DNA of 64,000 nt, taken from the NCBI GenBank assembly GCA_010093815.1, contig ML996575.1. One strand, written 5' to 3'. How positions within the stretch are numbered: the first letter of the stretch is position 1; every line of letters begins with the position of its first letter. A program made the position numbers and the translations under genes. The DNA comes from Pseudovirgaria hyperparasitica (lineage: Eukaryota). The notes beneath the pieces were generated by a model. The model was not told the origin of the DNA, did no database searches, and saw nothing but the letters and a program-made list of their open reading frames with translations. Below are positions 25,601-39,700 of this stretch, piece by piece.

Positions 25601-26800
25601 TAGTAGATAGGTATACGTAGAGACGTGCGATAGCACGTAAAAACCTATAATAAATATTAACGACGAAGTAAACTCCTCGGAGGTCTTAATAAAGGGCTCT
25701 ACCACGTTATAACGCCTATTCTTTAGTAAAGAATATACTTAGACGTAACGACTCTACTACCTTCTATAGGGTATAGTAAAGTAGTATCTATATAAGAATA
25801 GCTAAGCGGATAGACTAAGGCGGAGGCATGTACGGTAGCTACGTCTATAGTCGTCGTAAAGTTCCTCTTTAAGAACGTAATCTATAGATACGGAATTATT
25901 CCTAAAATTACCTATAATAGTAGTAGAGAAAATATAGGTACCATAGAGGAGCTCCTCCGACTCTATGGAATTTATTAGAAGGTTACGTCTACGTATAATC
26001 CCTAAGTAAATAGAATTATTAAGAGAAGTTTTATACTACTTATTAATACTCTCGCGAAGATAACTAATAGTGGATTTAAGAACTAGCCCGGCCACCTCTA
26101 TACGGTTGTCTAGGTAGATAGAATAACGACACGTGCTAGTATAGGGTATAGTACCGTATACCTCGTGCTCGGCTATAAACTAATTATGCCTATCGAAGTC
26201 GAATTCGAGTCGCTCCGAATACTCCCTTAGAACGAGGTGCGATTAACGTCCGACTTACTCGCTCTTCGAGCTAGATAACTTAAGAGAAGATCCGAGAATC
26301 TTAAGGAGGCCTATACCTACACGACACGAACGCGTGAGGAATTAAGAGAGGCATGGAATAACGACTATCACCTTCATTAAGAGTCGTTACTAGTTAATAT
26401 GATTGTCCTTCTATACGACTCATAGCGATAGAAGAATATAGGGTGGAAGCTAAGGTAGCATTAGAGGGGGCCATATAGAATCCAGTCTATGTTTAATTAT
26501 ACTTATAAGCTCGCGGAGCTTAATAGAGCCATGCTTAGAGGGACGTTTCCTAGCCATAGGTTAAAGAAATATTTTATAAGAAATGTAAGTAACGAGAGTC
26601 ACGACGAGCCCTCGCGACTACCGATTAGAAGAATTACCGAGGAAAATAAGGAGAGTAGCGATAAGGAAAACTATTATAAATAACTCACGGAACACCTCGA
26701 CGACGCTACACGAACCCGGGTGGAAGTAGTAATTCCTGCTCCGTAAGACTTTAATAGAGAAGAATATTTGCGTTTCCCTAGAATCGATATCTTCTTCTAG
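22600..26800 (+). pseudogene. Gypsy B pol (PR-RT-RNaseH-IN)
   Basis: LF(D)SG at ~22688; LP(Q)GATN(S)V at ~24212; FLDDLGIKGP at ~24302; VDSS RNase H at ~24800; integrase YNP(Q).N(G)IIER-like at ~25994; (W)RGPY at ~26462. Confidence 0.92.
23129..23167. repeat. Perfect palindrome (18-bp arms, 3-nt loop); related copies at 20421, 30432, 31637, 36425 and 57358
   Basis: CGGATTATTAGTTAAGGG-CTA-CCCTTAACTAATAATCCG. Confidence 0.95.
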
Positions 26801-26851
26801 GGGATAGAAGTTTTTTTAAGAAGGGAAGGGATGCTTATAAAAGTAGTCTTA

Positions 26852-27325
26852 TAACGATGAACTCCATCATCGAAAAAGGATAATAAACTCCATCATCGAA
26901 AGAGGATGATGAACCCTATCATTACTATAAAATAATAAAACTTATTATTAAAGCAAGTAATGCTCGAAAGAAGACATAATGGCGTTTACGCGAATTCCAC
27001 CTACCATATATTAAAGCCGGTCGTGTAATCGAAGCCTATCTATCGAAGGCCTATTTCGTTACTATAGAACGGGCCCTATTAGAAACTAATAAGGAAGAAA
27101 AGAAGGAGGAGGTATAGGAGAAAAAGATACTTATAGGAAGTCTTATAAGGATAAGAATATACCCGGTATCTATTCATTTATAGATTCCGCCATATACCCG
27201 GTAGACACATTCATTTATAGATTTCCTATGTACCTAGTATATATTCATTCATAGATTCGACACGTATACGGGCCTACGGCCGTTAGCAAGGATCATTTAT
27301 AAAAATCACTATATACCCGGTATTC
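26852..27325. repeat. Two tandem arrays (~27 bp and ~36 bp units) between pol and ORF3 of Gypsy B
   Basis: gatgaactccatcatcgaaa.. repeats at 26856-26950; tatacccggta...ttcatttatagatt repeats at 27158-27325. Confidence 0.8.
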
Positions 27326-27478
27326 GAGGAGGCATAAAAGAGAACTTAAGATAGTATATAACTCTTCCCTCTTATACCTCTCTATACCTTCTTAATTAAT
27401 AAAACCTCCTCCTCTACTTCCGCCTCGCTTAACTATCTCTTCTTAGAACGTAACTCGCCGATAGAACCGATAATAATA

Positions 27479-30420
27479 ATGGCCCCGCCGAAAAAGAAAA
27501 CGCCTACCCGTGAAGAGTTATAAGATCGTTAAGTACTAATAAGATAGATACAGTTCTAGTTAAGAGTCGTGAGTGCTAAAGTAGGGCTATCGACGGCTAT
27601 CGTGGTATTAAGACTATCTACTACTCCGTATAGATAGGCTATAGAAGCTACGGAAGTAAATAAGTCTACTATTAACCGAATTATCGCTATCTAGGACCTA
27701 TAAGAGCGATAGGACTATATTCTAGACACGTTTAATAATCTCCTTTATATTACTAGCCTCGTAGAATAGCTCTTAAGTAGTATAGTTAACCTCTTCTAGG
27801 AAGTAGGAGCCGTAATAGGGTATAGTAAGGTAAAGATTAACTCCTCTATTCTAAAAGAAGTCCACGAGATAATTCGTCGTGGAAGAGATACTAACTCCCG
27901 TATCCTAAAAGCTAAAAATGCGATTCTATAAAACTAGCGAAAAGACCTCCCTAATAACGATGGCTAGTTACTCTAATCCGCCCTCGGATAGCTCCAGTAA
28001 ACATAGAACTTTATAGAAAAGCTAGTAGCGCTCTTACGAATGCGGACATAGGCGAGAGCGAGAAACTAGTTAAACGTATCCCTATGGTCCCGAATCGGCT
28101 AGGGATAGAAGGGAAGGGGAATTAAGGTATATCTTTAGAGCTCTAATATTAATACCGCCCTAGCTAGCGATAGTAACGAGGACGGTCTATCTCTCTAGTA
28201 ACTCTCGAACTACCCTAGCCGATAAAATAAACTAACGTTCCATAATAAGACGGGACTTATTATCCCCGCTAGTTAATAGTTACGGATAAGTAGAATGGTT
28301 TATAGGCCCGTCGAATACTACCTATAAATTAAAGAGATAAGTATATCGCCTCCGCCTTAGACCTTACCGTCGCTAAAACTAGCGTAGATAACGCCTATAG
28401 TAAAGTCCCCTCTACGAAGTACGCCTTCTAGTTTAGTAGTACGTCGTCTCTTCGAAGCTAGTCGTCCGTTTAAAGTAAGTATTTCTTCTACTACTACTAG
28501 TATATATCTCTTACCGGGCCATGTAAGAACCTCTTTAGTGCCCGTTACGGCTATGCTAATAAAACCCACTCGCGGACGTACCTTATCTACCGGCCCTTAG
28601 TAATTACTAGGGGCGCCTATACGATAATCCCCGGTTATTCTTAGTTCGTACCCTAAGATAATAGTATTAGTTAAGGAAGAGGACGAGTCTAAGAAGTGTT
28701 AATGCGCGCCTTTAGTAACGAAGACTTTTAAGGCAGCTACATTATTAAAGAAGAATTTCATGAGCATTAAGGGAATGGCCCTACTAGTACGCTAGAAAGC
28801 GTAGATAGATAACATGGCTATTCCGTATAAAGTCTGCTATAAGCATTACTAAGACGTGGCTAGAAAGAATAATATGCTCGTTAGCGTGTCCCACTTAAAC
28901 CTAGTAGCGAGACTTAAAATAGTATATGAGTTTAGAGATAACGTAGGGGCCCTTAAAGTTTATAAGGACCGCTATACCTGGTTCGCGAAGTACACGCGGC
29001 CACCTTATCCGATAGAGGCATTAGATATCTATTATTACTAGGCCCTAGAGACACTAAAGTAAGTTATTAATATTAAAACCATCCTTACTAGTATTATATT
29101 TATGATTTAGAAGGAGGACGGTAGAATAGGTAGGTAACTCTTTAACGAGTGGGAACGTACCGGAAGTATTAATATTAAAGGGCTCTTCGAGCTACTTAAA
29201 AAGACGACCTCTATACTTAATAAGAGTATCCTAGAACTTACGAGGGATGAATTTAATATATATAAGTACCACTAGCGCATGTTTAATAAGAAATTAAACT
29301 ACGGCTAGCTACGAACTATATACCACTCCTATATCTAATAGTTTATTAGGTAATACCTACTTTACTAGCTTACCTATATCGCTCTTCGGCCCAATCTTAA
29401 CTACTATCTAATCTCGTACCCGTACTATGCGAAGTCCTAGGATAGAGGTAATAAGACGGGTTTTAAGCATCTCGATAACGCCATTAATCGAATCCTCGAT
29501 CCTAGCGATAGACACGGGTTTAATATAATCTAGGGGAGTATTAGTCTCGACGATAAATGAAGTGACGACTATACTATAATCGTTCCCCGCTCCTATAAGT
29601 TCTTAAACGAATAGTAGTCGAAGGCTAAGCTCCGCGAGGGGGTTAATCGAAACGGTATAATCACGGCTATTAACGACAAGATCTATAATGCGGACGATAA
29701 GAAATGATTTAGTCCCTTTGTCCCGGTCCCCTACCAGTCCCTTAAAGTATGTATCTCTAGCCTACTAATAATACACGGCGCCTAGGGTCCCGTAAAGGGT
29801 AGAAGACGTATAATGCTTCCATGGTATGTCGCGATTAGCCCTAATCACATAATAATGGAAGTGCCTAAAATGGGTACATGGGAATAACTCGTAGTAGCTT
29901 ATAGGAATTTAACTCCGGGACCCACGTCTCCGTTAGGATTTTCTAATAAATATAGCGCGATTCCTTTTGCCTTCCTAGCCGTAGTTTAACTCCCGAGTTT
30001 TAACGCCGTTAGTAACGTATTAGTCGGCCGTAAAAGATAGGATAGCTAGGAGGTAAAAGAAGAGGTAGCTACGTGGCTTAACGCAAGTCCTTAATAACTT
30101 AAAGCTAAGGTAGACGCCTGGTTTAAGGAGGGCTCGAGGGTATTCGTAGAGACCTTTAAGAAAATAGTAAGGTAGGAAAGGCTAGTCTATGGGGATAGGT
30201 TATTCTAGAAGGAATTTAACGAGGCGCGTGCCGCCAAGCGGCTAATTAATTTTAAGAAATTCGAGTCTAACGCGGGCCTAGATAATATTAAAGAGAACTT
30301 CTATAGATAGAAGAGGCCTAACGAACTATCCGATGAGAAGGAATCTAACCTCTCTAAGATGAGCGACACGATTCTTTAGGAGCTAGCTTGCGACCTCGAG
30401 TACTAAGATTAGGCGCCTGA
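27479..30420 (+). pseudogene. Gypsy B ORF3: putative 2OG-Fe(II) dioxygenase (PhyH-like fold) with long N-terminal extension
   Basis: One frame from ATG 27479 (MAPPKKKTP): CxC 28697, CxxH 28835, LISYPYYAK, GFKHLD (HLD at 29468-29476), I(Q)GSISLDD....D(C)TIIVP.S(H), ISS..IHGA (H at 29774), RRR at 29801. End is approximate. Confidence 0.78.
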
Positions 30421-30594
30421 AAACCTACCTAATTATTAGTTAAGGGCTGCCCTTAACTAATAATCCGGGCTAAGGTTTACCCGCGCCGAGAGGTTTACTA
30501 GGGGCGTATTTTATTCGTATTAAGGTCTTTCTTTTAGGCGTTCTTTATACGGTTTCTTATACGGTTACTATACTACTAAGGGTAGTAGTTCTAT

Positions 30595-30982
30595 GGGCCG
30601 GGGAGGTATATATGGAAGGCCGCTCCTATAGCCCTATATATATGTGTCCCTGGCTCGATTACATGGATTTATTATATATTTAAGGAGGGCGTTTTCCTTG
30701 GTCATTCTGCTCGGCGCGCTTCCCCTATTACTAATATTCGACTATTCGACCTTTCCTTACGTTCATGGGCCTCTATAGATATTGATTATTAGGCTTAGCT
30801 ATTAAAGAATTGATTAAGAGTATTATATAGACCCGTCCTATCGTAAAAGAGAACTAATAAGAAGTCGTGCGTTTAAAGAGAACTTATAATACCTAGGAGA
30901 GATACTTGTGAGTTCGTCGCGACTACTATACTAGGAATACAGCCATTTATAAAAGGGATACACGTAGCGATGGCTTACCACA
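30595..30982 (+). repeat. PPT plus 3' LTR (30611-30982) of family B
   Basis: GGGCCGGGGAGG followed by the LTR ending ...TTACCACA. Confidence 0.95.
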
Positions 30983-31670
30983 CTACTTTATATAGTATCT
31001 ATTTAGAATAATCTAGTAATAATAAGGTATAAAATGGCTCGAGAAGCGTAATATAGAATATATTATATATCTTTAACGTAGAAGGGAGTTATAACTCGTA
31101 CGTCTAGTTATTAATTACACGAGTAATCTTATATAGACCTATTATTATATAGTTAAGCTTCTTCTTTAGCCTAATACTATAAATATTCTTACTATTTAGT
31201 AAAACTTTATCCCTAATATTAAAGATTATAGGTTTTCTACCCTTGTTATAGTGCGATTTACTATAATTTATAGTATCTTATAGTAACTTTATAACGCTTC
31301 TTTACGTTTAGAATAGTTCTATAGTAATTTCTATTACTTTAACGTTAGGTCGTTCTACTTTAAACTAAGTCCCTAAGAACTATATATTATAGTTTAGTAA
31401 AAAAACTTCTTTTACATCCCTAAGAGGCCAACTTGGTCCATTCGGGGTAATATAGCGAGATATATACCTTAATCGATAGAGCACACCGAGTACACTAACT
31501 ACTACTATATATACGTACGTGTAGCGTCGAAACCAAGACGTTATCGCCGTATAAAGATATATATACACCCTCTTAAAATCCTCACGGAGATAGAGGCACG
31601 GACCACGCTACTAGAACGCCGATACACCGACCCCCTTTTATTAGTTAAGGGTAGCCCTTAACTAATAAAT

Positions 31671-33060
31671 ATGGCGGCCTTAGGCACTAACATACCCCAG
31701 CATATACCGGATATACCCCTACCGGTACGATAGAAAAGGCCATATAGTAATATTACCGAGGGTAACCATATACCTATCCAAAACGTAGAACACACCTAAA
31801 GGCGCACGCCGCCATAGATAGACGGAATAAAGGGGACCCCGAGAGGGGAAACCCTCCTAGATCATATTAACTACTAGGTAGCACGTATAGAGAAGGAAGC
31901 CGGAGAGGGCTAGAAGACCCTTCTATATATATTCTAGGACCTTATCCGGAACCTAAAGGGAATTATAGAGGAGAAGAAGAAGATATAACTAGGAGGACTA
32001 GAGGGTAGGCTCGACCGAATAGAGGCTAGTCTACGTAGAATCTAGGAGGAACTTACTTAAGGTAAGCGCCCTAGTACATGGGTATAAATAGTAGTAACAC
32101 TAGAGGCTATACTACGGGCCCCCCGGACCGGCGACACGGCGTATAGTATACGCGTCGTAATCTAGGATAAGGATACCCTAGCATAGGTCTAGTAAGTATC
32201 CCTAAAGGATATAGTAAGTAAGATTAACGAATAAAAGGGAATATAGTTAAACGTCGTCGCTACTAAACTTACGCTAGGAGGAGTAGTACTTACCACGATA
32301 ACAAATATCGCGTAATAGACTATCTCGCGCGATCCGAACGCGATTAGTAGTATCTTCCTAGGCGCCTCTATTAGGGCGGCCATATACCCGATATAGGTAT
32401 ACTCTATATCTATAAGCGGATAGGTTATCGGAGAAGAGGACATTACGTGGATAGAATAGTTAAATAAGCGAAAATACCCAGGGATTAAGATTATAAGAGT
32501 ATAGTAGAAGAATATATAAGGGATTAAAACTAGATCGAAGGTATACTCCACTATAATAGTAGAGCTTAAGGACCCCGCCCTCGCGTATCGAATTACGTAA
32601 GAGGGATTCCTAGCGGAAGGGGAGCTTCTTATAGCGGAACCATAGGATAGAGCATAGGCGATAATATAGTACTTTAACTATTAGGGATACGGGTACACGG
32701 TATAGCGGTACTTCTAAAAGACCAGGTATAGGTGGTGTCGATAAGAATATAGTACCTAGGAGTACCCCTATAGAATATAAGGAGAGGGCTAGAGGGATAG
32801 GGACACGGCGAAGTACTCTAACTACGATAGCAAGCACCCGTCGTGGTCGACTACGTGCGCGAAACACAAATAGGTTACCGAATACATCTACTTAATCCGG
32901 ATAAAGAGAGCAAGGTAGCTATAAATGATGCGACCTACTACCGTTCCTCTCTTTACTATAATACTACTACTATAGACTACCTCCTTATAAGGAAGCGGTT
33001 AGGAATGGTAAACCGTCCCGAGAAAGCTAATAATAGGACGGCCCTAAGGAATTACTAAGG
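31671..33060 (+). pseudogene. LINE ORF1 (gag-like, zinc knuckles)
   Basis: ATG at 31671; (QC)FN(CQ)GYG(H)T..R(C) at ~32668-32712. Confidence 0.8.
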
Positions 33061-33139
33061 CCGCCGCCGTATAAGGATAGTCGCGTCTTAGAGGAACGAA
33101 TATACAGGCCTACACATTCCCTAGCACCCAATAAAAGAC

Positions 33140-36100
33140 CAAGATATACTCCTAATTATATAGGCAAACGTATAGTATAAATATAAGAACTAGGCGATAC
33201 TCCTTAAGGAGACTAGAGCTATAATACTCGCTATACAGGAGCTATATAAACACTACCAGACGAACAAACCAACAACACACCTAGAATATTATATAATACA
33301 CCCCCTAGGACCGGAGAGGAGAGTCCTCTTCCATGTCTATAAGTCTATCCTACTCTTATTATAGTCGTATACTAAACGGGACAACCTCCGGATAATACTA
33401 CACCTCTAGACGAATATCGGACCCCTCTATATACATAATATATATAATTAGAACCGATTGCTTTAGGCGGATAACATGCTTAAGGGCACCACCGAGCTAG
33501 GATAACACATCCTTCTAGGAGACTTTAACCTCTATTATAGCTAGTAGGGTAGACTAACTATTACCCGCGAAGAGCTTCGAGCTAGAGAACTACGCACCTA
33601 ATACTACGGCTTCCTATACCTTCTTATACTAGTAGGATAGATTACCTAGCGAAAACATAAATAAGATAAGGGCGGATCTATACTCGACCTTACCCTAGCC
33701 ACTAGACATATTTATAATAGGACTTAATACTACCGCCTAAGCCTTATATAGATAGACTCTAACCACGAATACATGGAGACCGTAATAGATATATCTACCC
33801 CTTAAGACTAACGAGGGCGATAGCTATAGAAGGATACTAACTAGGAAAAGTACCTAAAGGACCTAGAATCGACGATCCTAGACCCGTCTATAGTCGACGT
33901 ATCTAATGGCCCGGCCATCGACCAGGCCGTGAATATACTCCTATAGGCGTACTAGGGAGTAAGAGATAAACACGTGCCGTACTAAATATATAGACCCCTA
34001 GACCCGAAAAGCATACCTTAAGTATAAGAGCATAGGCGAGAAGTCTAGAGATTATATATACGCGTATACTATAACCGCACACCTAAAGCGTAGGATAAAT
34101 AGAGAGAGGCGAGAAGATAATAAGATAAGGTCCTCTATAACGAGCGACGTAAATAGTAGCGTATAGTCACGGATAGACACACACGTAATACTACTAGACT
34201 ATGGCATATAGTAAAATGGGCCAAAAGCACCGCCTCCCCGACACCTATACCACTTATACCTCCCCTTATATATTAAGAAAAGACGTACTCCACGAGCCTC
34301 GAGAAAATAGAGATCCTATAAGAGGTTATGTTCCCTCTCCTAGAACCCGTAGACCTATTAGATATCGACGGCACGGAATACCCGGAAGCTGTAAGTATCC
34401 CTAGGGAAATCATAGACGACGATATACTCGGCGCTATTAAGACACTCCCGAATAATAAAGCGCCCGGGCTAGACGGAATTCCGAATCGATACCTTAAGAG
34501 GACTATATAGGCGACCTTACCGATTATAGGCCATATATTCCGAGCGTGCGCCCGTATAGGATACTACCTATAGAGCTTCTAAACCGTATATACGGTTATA
34601 CTCCTAAAACCAGGGAAGAGTCTAAACACGCCGAAGGGATAGAGGCCGATCGCCCTCCTCTCCTACCTTAGTAAGGTACTAGAAGCCACGATTACTAAGA
34701 AGATAAGTATAGTAGTATAGGTACACGGCCTTCTTCTAGTAAACCAGAAGGCGAAGGTAGGAAGCTCCCTAATTATAGCCATTTAATACATCCTCGAGGT
34801 TATCTAGACTATATAGAAATAAGGACGAGTCGTCACGCTACTCTCCCTAGATATAGTAGGGGCGTTTAATAAGGTAAACCACATAAGACTTATCCATAAC
34901 CTCCGGATAAGGCGAATACCTAAGTGGATTATACGATTTATATAGTCCTTCCTCGCGTAAAGGACTACTTAAATATATATCCCCGGATACCGAAGCGAAT
35001 ATAAGGAGACGGTATACGGCATCCCGTAAGGGAGCACTATCTCCCCGATCCTCTTCCTCTTCTTTATAGTAGACCTCCTTTAGGGAATAGAATATATAGA
35101 GATAGTCGGATACGCGGATAATATATACCTCCTCGCGGTCGATAGTAGTACTAGTAGAATATATACACGACTTAAACGAGACTACGAGAAATGTATCTAG
35201 TAGGTAAAGCGCCACGGAGTAAAATTCGCACCTAAAAAATACTAGCTTATATACTTTATTAACCGCTATAGAGGATAGGCTACTAGGGAGGGGGCACGTC
35301 GCCCCTAAATCGACGCCTTTACCGAACTACTAGTATAGAGTATACGCGCACTCGGCGTTATAATTAATAATAAGCTAAAATAGGGACCACAGGTGGTACA
35401 CGCCGTCTCTAGAGCCCTCTAGGTAGAAACCGCTATACGCCGGATTACGGCATCCACGTAGGGAACAGCCTAGGATAAGGCGAGACAGCTATACGTCTCC
35501 CTAGCACGCCTAGCCTTCATATACGGACACGAGTGCTAGTATACGGCCCTTATACAAGCTCGGTAGGTAAAGCTTAAGTCTATATAAAACCGTATACTCC
35601 GCCTTATCTCCGGCGTATATAAAGCTACTAATATAACGCTCCTCCGACGCGAGATAAACGTAATAAGTATATAGGACTTCTACTAGATATAGAGACTTAT
35701 ATACTTTACTAAATAATAAGTATAAGAACGTGGAGAAGATAGGGTATATACCTTCGCCGTACTACGTACACGTATCCGCGCGTATTACTAGGCCCTCCCT
35801 ACTATAGGATAAACTCGAGTATAATATAAATGCTATATAGAGGCGGACTTAAGCTAGACTATATAGGAGGTTCGAAATAACCCGGATGCCGTCCTAAGCT
35901 AATAGAGCCCTAAGGAGCTTAGCCGCGTTATGCGGTCGTGGATCTAGGATAAACAGAGGGAGGTACTTAAAGCCTAGTGGGCCTTCTAATAGGATAGGTA
36001 TCTAGAATAGATCCGAGGGCCTTAGAAGAAACTAAGTAAATAGATATATAAAGGGCTAACGAAGGCCTAAGTATCCATACTCCTCTAAGCCCGAATAGGC

Positions 36101-36420
36101 GCCATAGATCTTCTATATTACCTCTACTAGAGAGGCGTCCTAGATATATCTCCCTAGTGCGAGGACTACGGCCGGAGAGGTATAATACGCCACTACCTCG
36201 CGACGTACTCTAGCCTCTATACCCTAAGATAAGCCCTCGTCCGTATAACGAGGACCTCTAACATTACGCGATAGCTTAATAAGTACTCTAAGGACGTCGC
36301 CCGATAGATACTTATATACCTTCCTCTCCCCTAGTTCTAGTAGACCCGCGTATATATATCGGAAGAAGCCTAATATATACTAGAAGAACCCTAGTATACG
36401 TCGGAAGAACCCCGGGAGAA
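33140..36420 (+). pseudogene. LINE ORF2 (AP endonuclease, RT, C-terminal CCHC)
   Basis: LAIQE, LGDFNL, DS(D)H; KAPG.DGIP at 34457; GIP(Q)GSTISPILF at ~35018; YAD(D) at 35111; CED(C)...HYL..(C) at ~36158. Confidence 0.92.
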
Positions 36421-36700
36421 CCGCGATTATTAGTTAAGGGTAGCCCTTAACTAATAATCTCCGCATCTATACGTGCTACCTAAGGGTAAACCATTATAAT
36501 ATAGGCTATAGGCCCATGGGTAGCCCCTAGGGCTATATATATATAAAGAATAAGAGGATAGACAGAGCGTAGTCATGGATATAAGGGAGTTTTTCCTATT
36601 CGTAGGTTTCTTCTTATATAGTAGCTTAGACTAGAGGAGGTATACGCCTATAGAGTGGTACTCTACCTAGTTTACTAATATTATTATTATTATTATAGTT

Positions 36701-39700
36701 CTAACTAAAGTTTACTTTAAACGGACTTATGTAGGTTAATATATATCGGCTATTATTATACGCGAATTCCGCAATATAGACTAACCTTACCTAGTTATTC
36801 TACTTATAGTTATAATATACGTGTAAATACGCCTCGACTATCTAATTCTACTACTCCGTCTATCTATCTATTTATAGATAGAACGTAGTACTAAGTTTCC
36901 GCTTAATTTCTAGCGTATAGTAGAAATTCTTCTAAAATTTAGATGTTATCTACGGACCTCTATCTAAAACTATACTATTTAGTATACTATAGAGCCGGAC
37001 TACGTTATGGAGTAGTATATCTATAAGATCTAGTACTTAGATAGTCTTCCTTATAGGGATATAGTATAATATCTTTATAAATCTATCTAGAACTACGAGT
37101 AAACTATTATAAATATACCTAGAATACTTACTTAGGGGTAGATCTTTAATAAAATCTATTAATAATTCCTTCTATACTTCCTTTAGTATAGGTAATAGCC
37201 TTAATTTACTATATAGTAAGTATCTATATACTTTTATATACTAGTAAACGTTATACGTTTTTATATAGTCTTTTATATATTTATAAAGACCCGGCTAGTT
37301 ATACATCCTTCGGATTAAATTGACCGTCCTTATAACGCTAAAGTACCCTACTAACGCGTAATCGTGCTATTCCCTTAAAATATTAATTTATAAGCCGCCT
37401 TCCGGCACGTAGAGTCGGCCTTAGAAGTAGATCGCGTCTAATCGTTATTCCCACCTTAATAACCACGGTAGATCTATAGTACTTCCTTTTATACTTATAA
37501 CTTTCTTTACTAATATATCGGAATTCTAGATAGATTTAATTAAGTCTTCGAGGGTTTTCTTAGTTTCTTAGACGTTTATTTAGATTACTTAATACCCGCT
37601 CTAATTCCCACGGAGAATCGCCGAAAGTGTCCTAGCTTCTAGTATTCTATTAGATAACTAGTCTTATAGTATCTAAAGTATAGTATAGTCTAACTTATAC
37701 CGACTATCTACGTTATTCTATAACGATTTCTTATAATCTTTATGCCGCGATAGAGGATTAGCTTTATTCTCTCTTCTAGCTTTATATAGGATTTTAAAGT
37801 TAAATATTAATATCTACTTAGCCTAACGTACTTATTAGTAATTAAGGACCTTAGTCGATATAAAGTAACGTAGATTTATATAATCTAATAATAATTCGAT
37901 CTAATATACGGAGCCTTCTAAATAATATTACTATTACTTAAAACTCTTAATAATTATAAGTAGTTTCTAGTCGTGCGTGTTATAACGCGTCTCTATATCC
38001 GCTATTTTACGGGAAAAGAAAGCGACCGGGTGCTATTACACCTTATCTTTCGTATCTTTATACGGTTAACTAATGATTCTAATAATTACGAATCCTAACG
38101 CGTTAGTTTTAACCCGAATATACTTCTTAGAATTAAAATGCCTAAGAATCGGCGTAGTTATAAAGTAATTCTTTAATAATCGGAACGTATCTCGCGCTTC
38201 CGGCGTTAACTATATCTCGACCGACTTAGCTTTACGCTATACTCGCCCACCTATAGGGATTTTACCGCCATTCTCTATAAGTTTATTAAGCGGCGCTATA
38301 ATTCGTGAGAAGCCTATAATAAATTTATGATAATAGTTTACGAAACCTATGAATGTTCTAATTTAACGTATAGTAGTAGATTCTAGCCATTCTATAATAG
38401 TCTTTACACGCTCCGGCTCTATTTTTAGGCCGCTATATATTATAATAAAGCCGAGAAACCTAACTTCTTATTAGTGAAACTCGCATTTAGATAATTTTAC
38501 GTAGAGTTTATACTACCTTAGATAATTTAGTACCGATTTCACGTATTCTTTATAATCCTATATACTATCGGAGTAAATTAGTATATTATCGAGATAAACT
38601 ACGCAAATCACGTTAAGTAATCCTATGAGTATAGTGTTAATATATCCTTAAAATGCTCCTAGCGCATTTATTAGCCCGAATAGTATAATAGTATACTTAA
38701 AATAACTATATCTAGTCCGAAATACGGTTTTCTACTTATCTCTACGACGAATTTAAAGCCGGTAATATATATCTTATAAATCTAGCTTCGTAAAGTACTT
38801 TACCTTCGTTAATTAATCTAAAGATTTACTAACTAGCAGTAATAGATAATAATTCTTCTTAGTTACCGTATTTAGTACCTAATAGTCGACGTATAGATAT
38901 AAACTTCCGTCTTTCTTCTTCACGAAGAGAATAGATACGCTAGCCGATAACGTACTATAATGTATCTAGCCTCTTCTAAGGTATTCTTCGATATATTTTT
39001 AAAGAACTTCAAGTTCTAGTCTCGAAAGTAGGTAAAGTAGGCTATAAGAGATATCTACTCCCTCTTCGAGCTCGATCTTTAGCTTATACGGTCTATAATT
39101 AGGGAGAAGTAACGTATCTCCTACCGAAAATATATCTGTATACTATGAATATATGTCGGGTAGCGTGTCTTCGCCCCGATTATTACTATTATTCTTATCT
39201 TTATTAATAATTAATAAGAATATAAGATAGATCGGCGATAATCGGGTCTACACGGTAAGGTTCTATACCTTCTTACTAATAGTTATAACTTACTAATATA
39301 ATTTACCATAGTATCGTCGGAACGTTAATATCTTCTTCTAAAAATTAAGAATAGAGTTTAGGCGTCTAAGCTAAGGTATCCCTAGAATCATATTCTATTA
39401 GCTAATATTAGCCATAATAAATTTATTAGATATCTACTATTTTATTATCTTCGAGTTATGAACTTCGTAATTCGTTATAGCTTTATCTAAAGTTCTAACT
39501 TTATATCTATTAACTATAATAGTTCGGCTAACTTTACCGAGATTATACGATAATCTATACTCCTTTACAAGAATCGATAAAATATAGTTATCTTCTATAC
39601 TAGTAACTATAAGGGTCTATATAGTTTTATTACTATTTACTATAGATAACGATACTTTTAGTAATATTAGGTCTTTACTCGCCGGAAGGCGCTACGGCTC

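Larger units (their letters stand above)
19545..30982 (+). mobile_element. Full-length Gypsy family B (11.4 kb, no chromodomain seen) with an extra ORF
   Basis: 372-bp direct LTRs; 4-bp TSD CTAC (19541-19544 / 30983-30986; empty site visible at ~56590-56600); PBS, PPT, gag-pol. Confidence 0.96.
31395..36690 (+). mobile_element. Full-length Tad1-like LINE, RIP-degenerate
   Basis: TSD TATTATAGTT at 31385-31394 / 36691-36700; (TAT)n tail; ORF1 plus ORF2. Confidence 0.94.

Noticed and set aside
27479..30420. env gene as Gypsy ORF3
   Set aside because: No signal peptide or transmembrane segment is evident; a dioxygenase-like signature is present instead.
35700..36420. RNase H domain in LINE ORF2
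   Set aside because: No YTDGS-like motif is recognisable between RT and the CCHC.
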